Position numbers and translations under genes: made by a program | The notes under the pieces: model-generated | What the model was told of the DNA's origin: nothing | Databases searched by the model: none | What the model saw: only the letters and a program-made list of their open reading frames with translations | DNA from: Candidatus Omnitrophota bacterium | GTDB lineage: Bacteria; Omnitrophota; Gorgyraeia; Zapsychrales; Fredricksoniimonadaceae | DNA: 64,000 nt | Assembly (NCBI GenBank): GCA_015233145.1 | Contig: JADFYI010000003.1 | Location: 39,421 to 103,420 of the forward strand | Direction of reading: 5' to 3' | Part shown: positions 1 through 9,000 of the stretch, piece by piece | How positions within the stretch are numbered: position 1 is the first letter of the stretch | Layout of the letters: each line of letters begins with the position of its first letter

Positions 1-2
1 CA

Positions 3-2921
3 AAGGGCGGCATTGTTTTCGTTCAAGATGAAAAGACGGCGCGCTATTTCGGGATGCCGGAAAGCGTCATAAAGAGCGGTTCGGCGAATTTTGTTTTGGA
101 GCCAAGAGAGATTGCGAAAAAACTGGTGCGTTTGGGCGTTCATGGGCCCGGCAGCCCGTTAAAGCGAGTTGTTAAGAGTCTTAGTGAGCAAGATGAACTT
201 AAACGGATACTCGTTTTATTGCGGGATATCACGGGAGTGGATTTCATTCATTATAAGGAAGCCACGATTAGCCGTCGTATTGCCCGGCAGATGTCATTTC
301 ATAATATCGAAAACCATGCTGACTATTACAGCTATCTTAAAACAAACCCGGCTGAAGCCGAGGTCTTGCGCAAGGATATCCTTATTCCTGTTACGTCTTT
401 CTTCCGCGACCCGAAAATATTTCCGGCATTAAGAAAGAAAGTAATTTTGCTCCTTATGAATAAACGCTCATTCCAAAACCCACTACGGCTTTGGGTGCCT
501 GCGTGTTCATCCGGCGAGGAAGTTTATTCTTTGGCAATATTTCTCTATGAGTTCCTGGAAGAAAGGAAGATGCGGCCGTACATCCAGGTTTTTGGCACGG
601 ACTTGAGTGAGGCGCTTATCGAAAAAGCGCGTGCCGGTGTATACGCCCAGGATATTTCTTCGCAGGTCTCGGCCGAACGTCTGCGCCGTTTTTTTGTGAA
701 GAACGAATCGGGTTACAAGATCAGTAAACCCATACGCGATCTGTGTATATTTGCAAAGCATGATGTCACAAGGGATCCGCCGTTGTCAAACATGGACATC
801 ATCAGTTGCCGTAACCTCCTTATCTACCTTGACGCATTTTTACAAAATAAAGCCTTGTCGATGCTGCACTATGCTCTCAAGCCCAAAGGCTTTCTTGTGC
901 TGGGAACTGCAGAATCGGTCACGGCTGTGCCGGGATTTTTTACCGCTGTCGATAAGAAACAGAAGATATATTCGAAGAATATTGTGGCCCGAAGAGCGTC
1001 ACCTCTTTTGGGATCGCCACCAGCTGTGTTAACCACAACCAAAGGAAAAACCCGTAAAATGGCAAAGAATATCCCCCGACAAGGCCTGGCTAAGCCGCAG
1101 ATTATTGTTCACCCCAAGAAGGCGGCAAAACCAAAGTCAGCCGGATCCCATGAGGCAATTGTTGCAAATACCGATAAGGATATTGCGAAGTTAAGAAAAG
1201 AGTTTGCGCGGACAGTGGAACGCCTGAATGCCATCAGTGAGGAGAAAGAAACTGTTAACGAAGAGCTGAAGGCAGCGAACGAGGAGATCCAGTCCAGCAA
1301 TGAAGAATTGCAGAGCATGAATGAAGAGCTGGAGACCTCCAAAGAAGAGCTCCAGTCAACCAACGAAGAACTGCTTACGCTCAATGAGGAACTGCAGAAC
1401 AAAAACGTGGAGCTGACGCATCTTAACAGCGATCTGAGTAATGTTTTTTCCAGCACGAACATCCCGATCATCATCGTGGGCAATGATCTGCGCATCAAGC
1501 GGTTTACCCCAACGGCTAGAAAAGTGATGAATTTGATACCGACCGATGTGGATCGACCGCTTGGGGATATAAAACTTAACATTGATATCGCCAATTTGGA
1601 AGAAATGATCTTGGACGTCATCGAAGATATGGTTCCGAAGGAATCTGAAGTTAAGGATAAAGAGGGGCGATGGTATTCTGTGCGGATACGGCCTTACCGG
1701 ACCATAGATAACAAGATCGATGGCGCGATTATCGCCATGATCGACATAGATGCCATTAAATGCAGCCGGGAAGCGGCGCAGGGGGCTCTCAATTATTCCG
1801 AGGCTATTATCGAGACCATGCGGGAGCCCTTGGTGGTTCTGGATAAGGACGTTCGCGTCATTTCAGCTAATAAATCCTTTTGTGATACGTTCAGGGTCGA
1901 GGTATCCGATATAAAAAATAAGCTCCTTTATGAGCTTGGCCGCCGTCAGTGGGACAATCCCCAATTGAGGAAGTTACTTGGGGAGGTGTTGCCTAAGAAA
2001 AATCATTTTAACGACTTCGAGGTGTCTTTTGATTTTCCAGAGATAGGACCAAAGACCATGATCCTCAATGGGCGTCAGATCAAACTGCATGGTAAAGACA
2101 GTCCGCTCATCCTTTTGGTGGTCGAGGATATAACCAAGCGCAGGAAAGCCGAAGATGTTTTGAAGCGCGACAATATAACTATGGATAGAATGATTAACAA
2201 AAGATCCAAGGAATTGCTTCTCCTTCAGGAGAAGCTGGTAAGGGCTAGGCACCTGTCCGCGATCGGGACTTTATCCGCTACCGTTGCTCATGAACTGCGC
2301 AATCCTTTGGCGGATATAGCAATATCAATACACCGCATTAAAAAGATCACTCAAGATCGTGTTGTTGGAAAAATTTTAGAGGGGATGAACGAGCGAGTGT
2401 TAGAAAGCAACCAGATAATCACTAATATTTTATCCTATTCGAAGGCCGCGATAACGCACTTTCAATCTATTGAGATCAACCAGATCCTTCGGAGTTCTGT
2501 TGATGAAACGGCCAGAAATTTTCAGGCAAGACGAATAGCTATTAAGGAGAAAATACATCGCACGAAAGGTATGGGCATTGATGCGGACCCCGCTCGACTG
2601 AAAGAGGTATTTCGCAATGTCTTGCATAATGCCATCGATGCGGTACACGCGGGTACTGGTATCATAGAGATCGAGACCGTTGTCAAAAAAGGCACGGTGT
2701 CTGTTCTGATAAAAGACAATGGAGAGGGGATAGCAAGTAAGGACTTAAAGAATGTCTCCAAGCCATTTTTTACCACTAAGGTCAAAGGCACGGGCCTGGG
2801 GCTTGCGGTAAGCAAACAAGTGGTTCTTCTTCACGGCGGATCAATAACTTTTTCAAGTGTTAAAGGTAAAGGGACAGTGGTAGTAATAACATTGCCGATA
2901 CATAGGCCGAAAAATGTATAA
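3..2921 (+). CDS. CheB-CheR-PAS-histidine kinase fusion, 5' truncated by the window edge
   Basis: Frame is open from nt 3 (KGGIVFVQDEKTARYFGMP, the end of a CheB domain). CheR motifs VTSFFRDP, WVPACSSGEEVYS and DIISCRNLLIY; EELQS coiled coil; PAS domains; H-box VAHELRNPL; G-boxes DNGEGI and GTGLGL. Confidence 0.92.
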   Translation, partial: KGGIVFVQDEKTARYFGMPESVIKSGSANFVLEPREIAKKLVRLGVHGPGSPLKRVVKSLSEQDELKRILVLLRDITGVDFIHYKEATISRRIARQMSFHNIENHADYYSYLKTNPAEAEVLRKDILIPVTSFFRDPKIFPALRKKVILLLMNKRSFQNPLRLWVPACSSGEEVYSLAIFLYEFLEERKMRPYIQVFGTDLSEALIEKARAGVYAQDISSQVSAERLRRFFVKNESGYKISKPIRDLCIFAKHDVTRDPPLSNMDIISCRNLLIYLDAFLQNKALSMLHYALKPKGFLVLGTAESVTAVPGFFTAVDKKQKIYSKNIVARRASPLLGSPPAVLTTTKGKTRKMAKNIPRQGLAKPQIIVHPKKAAKPKSAGSHEAIVANTDKDIAKLRKEFARTVERLNAISEEKETVNEELKAANEEIQSSNEELQSMNEELETSKEELQSTNEELLTLNEELQNKNVELTHLNSDLSNVFSSTNIPIIIVGNDLRIKRFTPTARKVMNLIPTDVDRPLGDIKLNIDIANLEEMILDVIEDMVPKESEVKDKEGRWYSVRIRPYRTIDNKIDGAIIAMIDIDAIKCSREAAQGALNYSEAIIETMREPLVVLDKDVRVISANKSFCDTFRVEVSDIKNKLLYELGRRQWDNPQLRKLLGEVLPKKNHFNDFEVSFDFPEIGPKTMILNGRQIKLHGKDSPLILLVVEDITKRRKAEDVLKRDNITMDRMINKRSKELLLLQEKLVRARHLSAIGTLSATVAHELRNPLADIAISIHRIKKITQDRVVGKILEGMNERVLESNQIITNILSYSKAAITHFQSIEINQILRSSVDETARNFQARRIAIKEKIHRTKGMGIDADPARLKEVFRNVLHNAIDAVHAGTGIIEIETVVKKGTVSVLIKDNGEGIASKDLKNVSKPFFTTKVKGTGLGLAVSKQVVLLHGGSITFSSVKGKGTVVVITLPIHRPKNV

Positions 2922-3276
2922 TAAAATCTTAATAGTAGATGATGATCCGGGTGTGTGTAATTCATTAGCCTTGCTCTTGCGGGGTGAGAAGTATTGTGTT
3001 GATAATACAACGGACAGTGGAGAAGGGGCGATCCTTATTAAAAAGAATAAATACGATCTTTGCCTTTTCGATTACAAAATGAAGGGCCTGAATGGACTAG
3101 ATTTATTGAAAATGACAAAAGAGGCAAATCCTCTGTGCTCGGTGTTTATTATCTCCGCCATGCTGAATATAGACGAGTTATGCAAGAAGGAAATAAAAGC
3201 CGGCTTGTTGGCGGGCATTATCAGCAAGCCTTTTGACGTAGAAGCGTTATTGCAAAGAATAGCTGAGGGTGCTTAA
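2914..3276 (+). CDS. Single-domain response regulator receiver
   Basis: ILIVDDD, phospho-Asp in LFDYKM, KPF; overlaps the kinase stop codon. Confidence 0.9.
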   Translation: MYNKILIVDDDPGVCNSLALLLRGEKYCVDNTTDSGEGAILIKKNKYDLCLFDYKMKGLNGLDLLKMTKEANPLCSVFIISAMLNIDELCKKEIKAGLLAGIISKPFDVEALLQRIAEGA

Positions 3277-3366
3277 TAATCTCGATGCGCCGGCTTCGTT
3301 CTAACCAGCCAGGCATGGGATGCCGCCACTCGGGGCGCATTTTCTTTCTTTTAAAATTACATCTGG

Positions 3367-3414
3367 AAAAGCAAAAACCGCGTTCCATTCGGGTAGCGCG
3401 GTTTTTGCTGTTTT
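3367..3414. terminator. Hairpin between the convergent receiver gene and tRNA-Leu (likely bidirectional terminator; also part of a repeated element, see findings)
   Basis: AAAAGCAAAAACCGCG-loop-CGCGGTTTTTGCTGTTTT inverted repeat. Confidence 0.7.
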
Positions 3415-3423
3415 GGAAGGCAA

Positions 3424-3507
3424 TGGTGCGGAAGGAGGGACTTGAACCCTCACGGCTTGCGCCATAGGCTTCTGAGACCTACGTGTATGCCATTTCACCA
3501 CTTCCGC
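3424..3507 (-). tRNA. tRNA-Leu (anticodon CAG)
   Basis: Reverse complement GCGGAAGTGGTGAAATGGCATACACGTAGGTCTCAGAAGCCTATGGCGCAAGCCGTGAGGGTTCAAGTCCCTCCTTCCGCACCA: acceptor stem GCGGAAG/CTTCCGC, long variable arm, T-loop GTTCAAG, encoded CCA. Confidence 0.97.
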
Positions 3508-3594
3508 AAAAAAGAGAGCTTTGTGTAAGAAAGCATTTTATTCAGCGACAAAATAAACAGACGCTTTTTCGAAAATGAATTATAAAACTTGAGT

Positions 3595-3623
3595 AGTATA
3601 ATAATTTAATGAAAGCATGTCAA
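3595..3623 (-). promoter_or_regulatory. sigma70-type promoter for tRNA-Leu
   Basis: On the - strand TTGACA-17 nt-TATACT. Confidence 0.75.
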
Positions 3624-3746
3624 TAAAAGCTACAGTAAACCAAACCGCGAAGGTTTGGTCAGGTTATTTAATTTTCTTAACCTGCGCGGTTGGTCGAAGG
3701 CGGCAGGATGCGGTGAGCCAAAGGTTGGGAAATACGAGGAGTTATT

Positions 3747-4130
3747 ATGTATAGAAAATTTATTTTAATTGTTGCGGTTTTTTTTCTTTTGTCTTTTTCT
3801 ACCAGAGCATTGTGTGAACAGCCGCCAGTGGCCAAAATAGAGCGGTCTATCGAAATCGAGCAGCATGATAAGGATGTTAAAGGATGGCTGGAAACATCAA
3901 GAATTTATTGGTTTGATAAAGTGGTCTTGATGCAGAATGGAGAGGAGTCCCCGGTTCCAGAGGCATTGGCAAAGCTTTGCGACTCTTATAAAGGCAAGTT
4001 TTCTACCCAGAAAGAACTAGATGGATTTTTTAGAGAAATAAGTGGGTTTTTTAGAGAAAAGAGCGTGGCGTTCAAAAAGCTGTCAATAGCGATAAAAAAA
4101 GAGGTTCTTTTCATAGAAATGCAACTGTAA
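3747..4130 (+). CDS. Secreted hypothetical protein resembling a stand-alone POTRA domain
   Basis: GAGGAG SD and signal peptide; LCDSYKGKFSTQKELDGFFREISGFFREK echoes POTRA1 of the next gene (IIKPFENKTLTIREMQDVANRITDAYRQK). Confidence 0.7.
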   Translation: MYRKFILIVAVFFLLSFSTRALCEQPPVAKIERSIEIEQHDKDVKGWLETSRIYWFDKVVLMQNGEESPVPEALAKLCDSYKGKFSTQKELDGFFREISGFFREKSVAFKKLSIAIKKEVLFIEMQL

Positions 4131-4169
4131 GTTCTTTATTTTCAATGGAATTTGTCTGAGAAAAAAATC

Positions 4170-4198
4170 TTGACAATATTCTGTTAATATTTTAAACT
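4170..4198 (+). promoter_or_regulatory. sigma70-type promoter of tpsB
   Basis: TTGACA-17 nt-TAAACT, with ATG at 4207. Confidence 0.65.
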
Positions 4199-4206
4199 TG
4201 CATTCT

Positions 4207-5931
4207 ATGAAAAATACAAAAAACTATTTCCTTGTACTGTTTCTATTCATTTCCACATCAACTTTTGCATCACCGCCGCTTGTGCCTGCTAAGGATTCAG
4301 CAGGTGGTGTTCAAGCCGGTACGGCACTCCAAGAGAACGATTTAAAGCTGCGAAAAAACATTCAAGAGAAGCGTGCGCCTGTGGAAATCGACCAGGCCAG
4401 GCAGGAAGAGATCAGCAAGCTTCCTGATTCCCAAAAAGTTTTAGTGACAAAAATTGAAGTCACTGGCGCTAAACTCTTAAGTGCCAAAGACATTAATGCC
4501 ATTATTAAGCCTTTTGAAAACAAAACGTTAACCATCCGTGAAATGCAGGATGTGGCTAACCGTATTACCGATGCCTATCGCCAGAAAGGCTATATTACCT
4601 CACGCGCCATTCTGCCTCCCCAAAAAGTAGAAAATAGTATTCTTAAAATTGAAGTTATTGAAGGTAAGATGGGGGATATTACTGTTCAGGGCAATAAATA
4701 TTACAGCACATCACTTATAAAGAGGAAGATTGATTTAAAGCCTGGTGTGCCGTTTGATTATACCAAGCTTCAGAATAATTTAAGCATTATCAATCAGTAT
4801 CAGGACCGCAAAGTTAAAACCGTGCTGAAACCGGGTCAAGCTCCGGCAACAACAGACCTTGTTTTAGATGTGAAAGACAATTTGCCGATCCATGTCGGCC
4901 TTTCCTACGATAATTATGGCTCACGTTATTTAAGGCATTTTCGTTATCAGGGCACAGTGACAGATAATAATCTCCTGGGCTTTGACGATATTATGACCCT
5001 GACTTACCAGACCGCGGAAGGGCATAATACTTACAGGCTCAATTCATTGCGCTATCTTTTCCCCCTTTCCAATACTACTCAACTCGGATTTTATGCCGGG
5101 AAAACACAGCTCCGGCTTGGCAAAGAATTTGAAGATCTTAACGCGCGTGGCAAAAGCGATCTTTATAGTATATACTTGACCCACGCTCTTTTGAAAAATG
5201 ACACAACAGACCTCACTCTCAGTGAAGCCTTTGACTATCAGGACGTCTACAACTTTGAGCTTGGGCAGGAAACAAGCCGTGATCGCCTGCGTGTTGCCAG
5301 AGTAGGCCTTAAGCTTGATAAGTCTGATAATTTTAATGGACGTACCATCATTAATAATGAAATCCAGCAGGGCATCCCTCATCAATGGGGCTCTTTAAAG
5401 AGTAAAGATCCTACGGCAAGTCGTGCGAATATATCAGGCGGTTTGTTTACTAAAGATGTTTTGGATGTCTTAAGGCTTCAAAATTTACCGTTAGACTCGA
5501 CTCTTCTTTTAAAAGGTCAGGGACAGCTTGCTTCGCATGCGTTAACCGCTTCTGAGCAGTTCCAAATTGGCGGTATTTCGAATGTTCGCGGGTATCCTTC
5601 AGGAGAAGTTGTTGGCGATGATGGGATTTCATTAACAGGTGAGTGGAGTTTCCCTGTTTATTTCATCCCGAAAAATATTGACGCTCCTTTCTCAAAAGCA
5701 AAACTATATGATGCTCTCCACCTTGCAGCGTTTTATGACTGGGCCGAAGCTTATTTGCGTGTCCCTGCTGGTGAGAAAAAAGATAAGAAATTAAGCAGCT
5801 TAGGCTGCGGACTTAGGTATGACCTTCCGGAGAATTTCTCCGCTAGATTAGATGTGGCTTGGCCGCTTGACCAGTTACCGTCAGATGGCAATCACATGCA
5901 TGCCTGGGTTAAGATTTCTAAAGATTTCTAA
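4207..5931 (+). CDS. ShlB/FhaC/HecB family two-partner secretion transporter (TpsB)
   Basis: Signal peptide, two POTRA domains (YRQKGYITSRA), barrel start DNYGS, loop-6 motif NVRGY, terminal Phe. Confidence 0.93.
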   Translation: MKNTKNYFLVLFLFISTSTFASPPLVPAKDSAGGVQAGTALQENDLKLRKNIQEKRAPVEIDQARQEEISKLPDSQKVLVTKIEVTGAKLLSAKDINAIIKPFENKTLTIREMQDVANRITDAYRQKGYITSRAILPPQKVENSILKIEVIEGKMGDITVQGNKYYSTSLIKRKIDLKPGVPFDYTKLQNNLSIINQYQDRKVKTVLKPGQAPATTDLVLDVKDNLPIHVGLSYDNYGSRYLRHFRYQGTVTDNNLLGFDDIMTLTYQTAEGHNTYRLNSLRYLFPLSNTTQLGFYAGKTQLRLGKEFEDLNARGKSDLYSIYLTHALLKNDTTDLTLSEAFDYQDVYNFELGQETSRDRLRVARVGLKLDKSDNFNGRTIINNEIQQGIPHQWGSLKSKDPTASRANISGGLFTKDVLDVLRLQNLPLDSTLLLKGQGQLASHALTASEQFQIGGISNVRGYPSGEVVGDDGISLTGEWSFPVYFIPKNIDAPFSKAKLYDALHLAAFYDWAEAYLRVPAGEKKDKKLSSLGCGLRYDLPENFSARLDVAWPLDQLPSDGNHMHAWVKISKDF

Positions 5932-5982
5932 AGTATATATAGAATTTCAAAAGCGTTAAAAAAATTACTAAAATTTCTATCC

Positions 5983-6008
5983 CATATGTTGACATTTATT
6001 AACATATG
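5983..6008. promoter_or_regulatory. Inverted repeat overlapping a TTGACA hexamer upstream of tpsA (candidate operator)
   Basis: CATATGTTGA-cattta-TTAACATATG, 9 of 10 positions complementary. Confidence 0.45.
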
Positions 6009-6055
6009 ATGTCTTTCTGGTCGTTATCAAAACAAACTCTAATGAGGAAATAGCC

Positions 6056-9000
6056 ATGAGACGCATTGTTAAATCAAAACTTTCAATACTGTTAATAGCC
6101 GCAGTTTTCTTTAACTACACTGGCTTCAGCTATGCCGCTGACTTTCCAACAGGCGCCCAGGCTGTGTCAGGCACTCTGAGCACGAGTGTTGACGGCAATA
6201 CCATGACAGAGAATGTGTCTGATAACGCGATTATCCAATATTATGGGTTTGATGTTGGCGCAGATAAGACTCTTAATATTATGCATGATACGGCTGGCGC
6301 AGCTTCTTTGCACCGTGTTGTTGGTCCGGACGCTTCCTCTATATATGGCCGCCTGAACTCCAATGGTAAGGTATTTCTTATTAACCCTAACGGCGTTCTT
6401 TTTGCTCCAGGCTCTCACGTTGATGCGGCAGGCCTTGTGGCATCCACCATGGGGATGTCTAATGAAGACTTTTTGGCAGGGAGATATGTTTTTAATCGTA
6501 ACGGAGCCACGGGTTCTGTTGTGAATGAAGGGGATATTAAGATTTCGAATGGTGGTTATATCGCGCTTCTTGCGCCTGAGGTTCGTAATACCGGCGCTAT
6601 TGAAGCAAAGTTAGGCACAGTTGTGTTAGCGAGCGGCAACAAGGCGACATTGTCTTTGGACGATAATGGCGATATTTCCGTGGTTGTAGACGAGGCCTTA
6701 TCTGAAAGCTTAACCGGCCAGACCACAGGGGTGAAGAATACAGGAACAATTAACGCAGATGGCGGAAAAGTCATTCTAACAGCCAAGGCCCTTAATGGCG
6801 TTCTTGATCGTGCCATTAATAATGAAGGCGTGGTCCAGGCGAATAATTTAGTTGAGAAGGACGGCTCTATTGAGCTTGTGGCTGATGGCGGCGCTATTCA
6901 AAATAGTGGCACAATTCAGGCGACAGGTTCAGTCAGGGTGAGCAATCCTAACGGCGATGTCAATAACAGCGGAACGATCTCTGCCAATGGTGCTAACGGC
7001 GGTATTGTTGATGTTGTTGCCAAGAATATTACGAATTTTGGAAAAATTACAGCCAATGCGTTTGAAGGCGGGGCTGCGGGTCTTGTTAATTTGGTTGCTG
7101 CGAGCTTTACTGTGCTCAAGGCAGGATCTTCTGTTGAGGCCAAAGCCACAGGGCTTAATGGCAAGGGCGGCAGCGTGACTGTAAAATCCAACGACACAAC
7201 TATTGTGGAAGAGGGTGCGGTTATTGATGTGTCTGGTGGCTTGGCTTCTGGCGATGCCGGTTCAGTTGAAGTCAGCGCCAACAATGAACTTGGGTTTTAT
7301 GGCGATATTTATGGAAGCGCTGCTGACGGGTATAAAAAGGGTTCAGTGCTTTTTGATCCCAATAATATTATTATTAATGATTCTTTTGATGCCACAATTT
7401 TTGGCACACAATTTATTAAGGCGTCTTCCATTCAGTTCATGTCTAACTTTGGCATTACGCTTACTTTTACCGCAACCAATGATATTGACATGCTGGTTAA
7501 CCTTTTGGGGCTCAATAGCGCGATTGCGTTTTTTGCAGGGCATAACATTTCCCTCGGCACTTTATTGGGCGGCGGTGTGGTAGTGTCGTCTAATGGGCAT
7601 TTGGTTGCTTTTGTTGCTGATAGTGATAACAATGGTAACGGCCGGTTTAGTATGGCTGCAGGGTCGCAAATTCTTTCTAACGGTGGAGACATTGATATCA
7701 TCAGCGCCCAGTCGGTCCAGGTGCGTGAGATTAATGCCGGATCCGGTAATGTTTCAATTACCGCTAAAAATAGTAACGCGAATATTATTGCCGACAGCGA
7801 TTCATCTACCAGAGTGAGAGGCAAAACCGCAACTTTGATTGCAGGTAACAATATTGGCGCATCTGGCGCTGGCATTGCTACAAGCGTTGATATTTTAAAA
7901 GCGTTAGCTAACAACGGTTCAGTTAATGCCAGAAACAACAAAAGCTTTTTTACTGATACTATTGCCAACAATGATGTGAATTTAACGGCAGAGACAGGCA
8001 GTATACTCGTTGATTTTATTAAAGCAGGTGATAGCGTAACACTTCAAGCGGATGACTCAATCATCGGATTATATAATCATTCTTTGGATGTCGACACAAA
8101 GAATCTTTATGCCTATACCAATAATGGGGCGATTAATGGTAATTATTATTTTCCGGCACCTGACAATTCAGGCGTTGGATTCTTAACTACAAATGCTGGT
8201 TATGTTGATGCAGAGGCGGCCAATGGCGTTGCCATTGCAGATATAGGCTCCTTTGAACTTTATGCCACTTCGTCAAATTATGGAGTCTTGGCAGTTGCAG
8301 GCGGAGACATGACAGTTGATTATATTTCAGCCCCTCTTGTTGGCTTGGCTGCGGGCGGATCTATCGGAAGCGCCTCTAATGCGGCTAATTTAAGCACCGA
8401 TGATGCGTACCTTTTTGCATCGGATATTTATGCCAAGAATGATAAGTCTATGTTTTTAACAGCAGATGCCACCAATACTTTGGATGTCAAAACCACTGCT
8501 GGTGATCTTAAATTAAAGACAGTGGCTGCGAATACTGCAACACTGACAGCGGCAAACGCCATTACTGATGCTAATGGCAGTGCCAATAACATCACAGCCA
8601 CGAATTTGACAATGAATGCCGCGGCTGGTATTGGTTCTGGCGATGCCCTTGAGACAAAGGTTTCAAACTTAAAAGTCACAAACACCGACAGCGGAGACAT
8701 TCAGGTGTCGAATGACGGTGGCTTGGTACTTACCAATTTTGGCACAGGCAATGCCGTGACCAATAATGGCGGTTCTGTGGATATTTCAGCCCACTCACCG
8801 TTGACTGTGAATAGCGCGGTTGTGGCCTCTGGCAATATCACATTAACTGCGGCAAATGAAGCTCATAGCGCAGATAACCTGACTGTGAATGCAGACATTA
8901 CAAGCACAGGCAACGGGTTAATCGATCTTAACGCGGGTGACAATTTCGTCCAGAATTCCGGAACAATTTCCACTGGCGCAGATGTGGATGTTTCTGCCGG

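Noticed and set aside
1240-1410. Repetitive GAAGAGCT/GAGGA pattern
   Set aside because: It encodes the standard EELQSxNEEL coiled coil of CheR-PAS kinases; not a DNA repeat element.
3285-3501. ORFs 3285..3467 (+) and 3301..3501 (-)
   Set aside because: They overlap tRNA-Leu and its hairpin; spurious.
3630-3720. c-di-GMP-I riboswitch call
   Set aside because: Only the first hairpin is similar; the G(A/G)CG(C/G)AAAGC junction and downstream stem are absent. Kept only as an unclassified leader.
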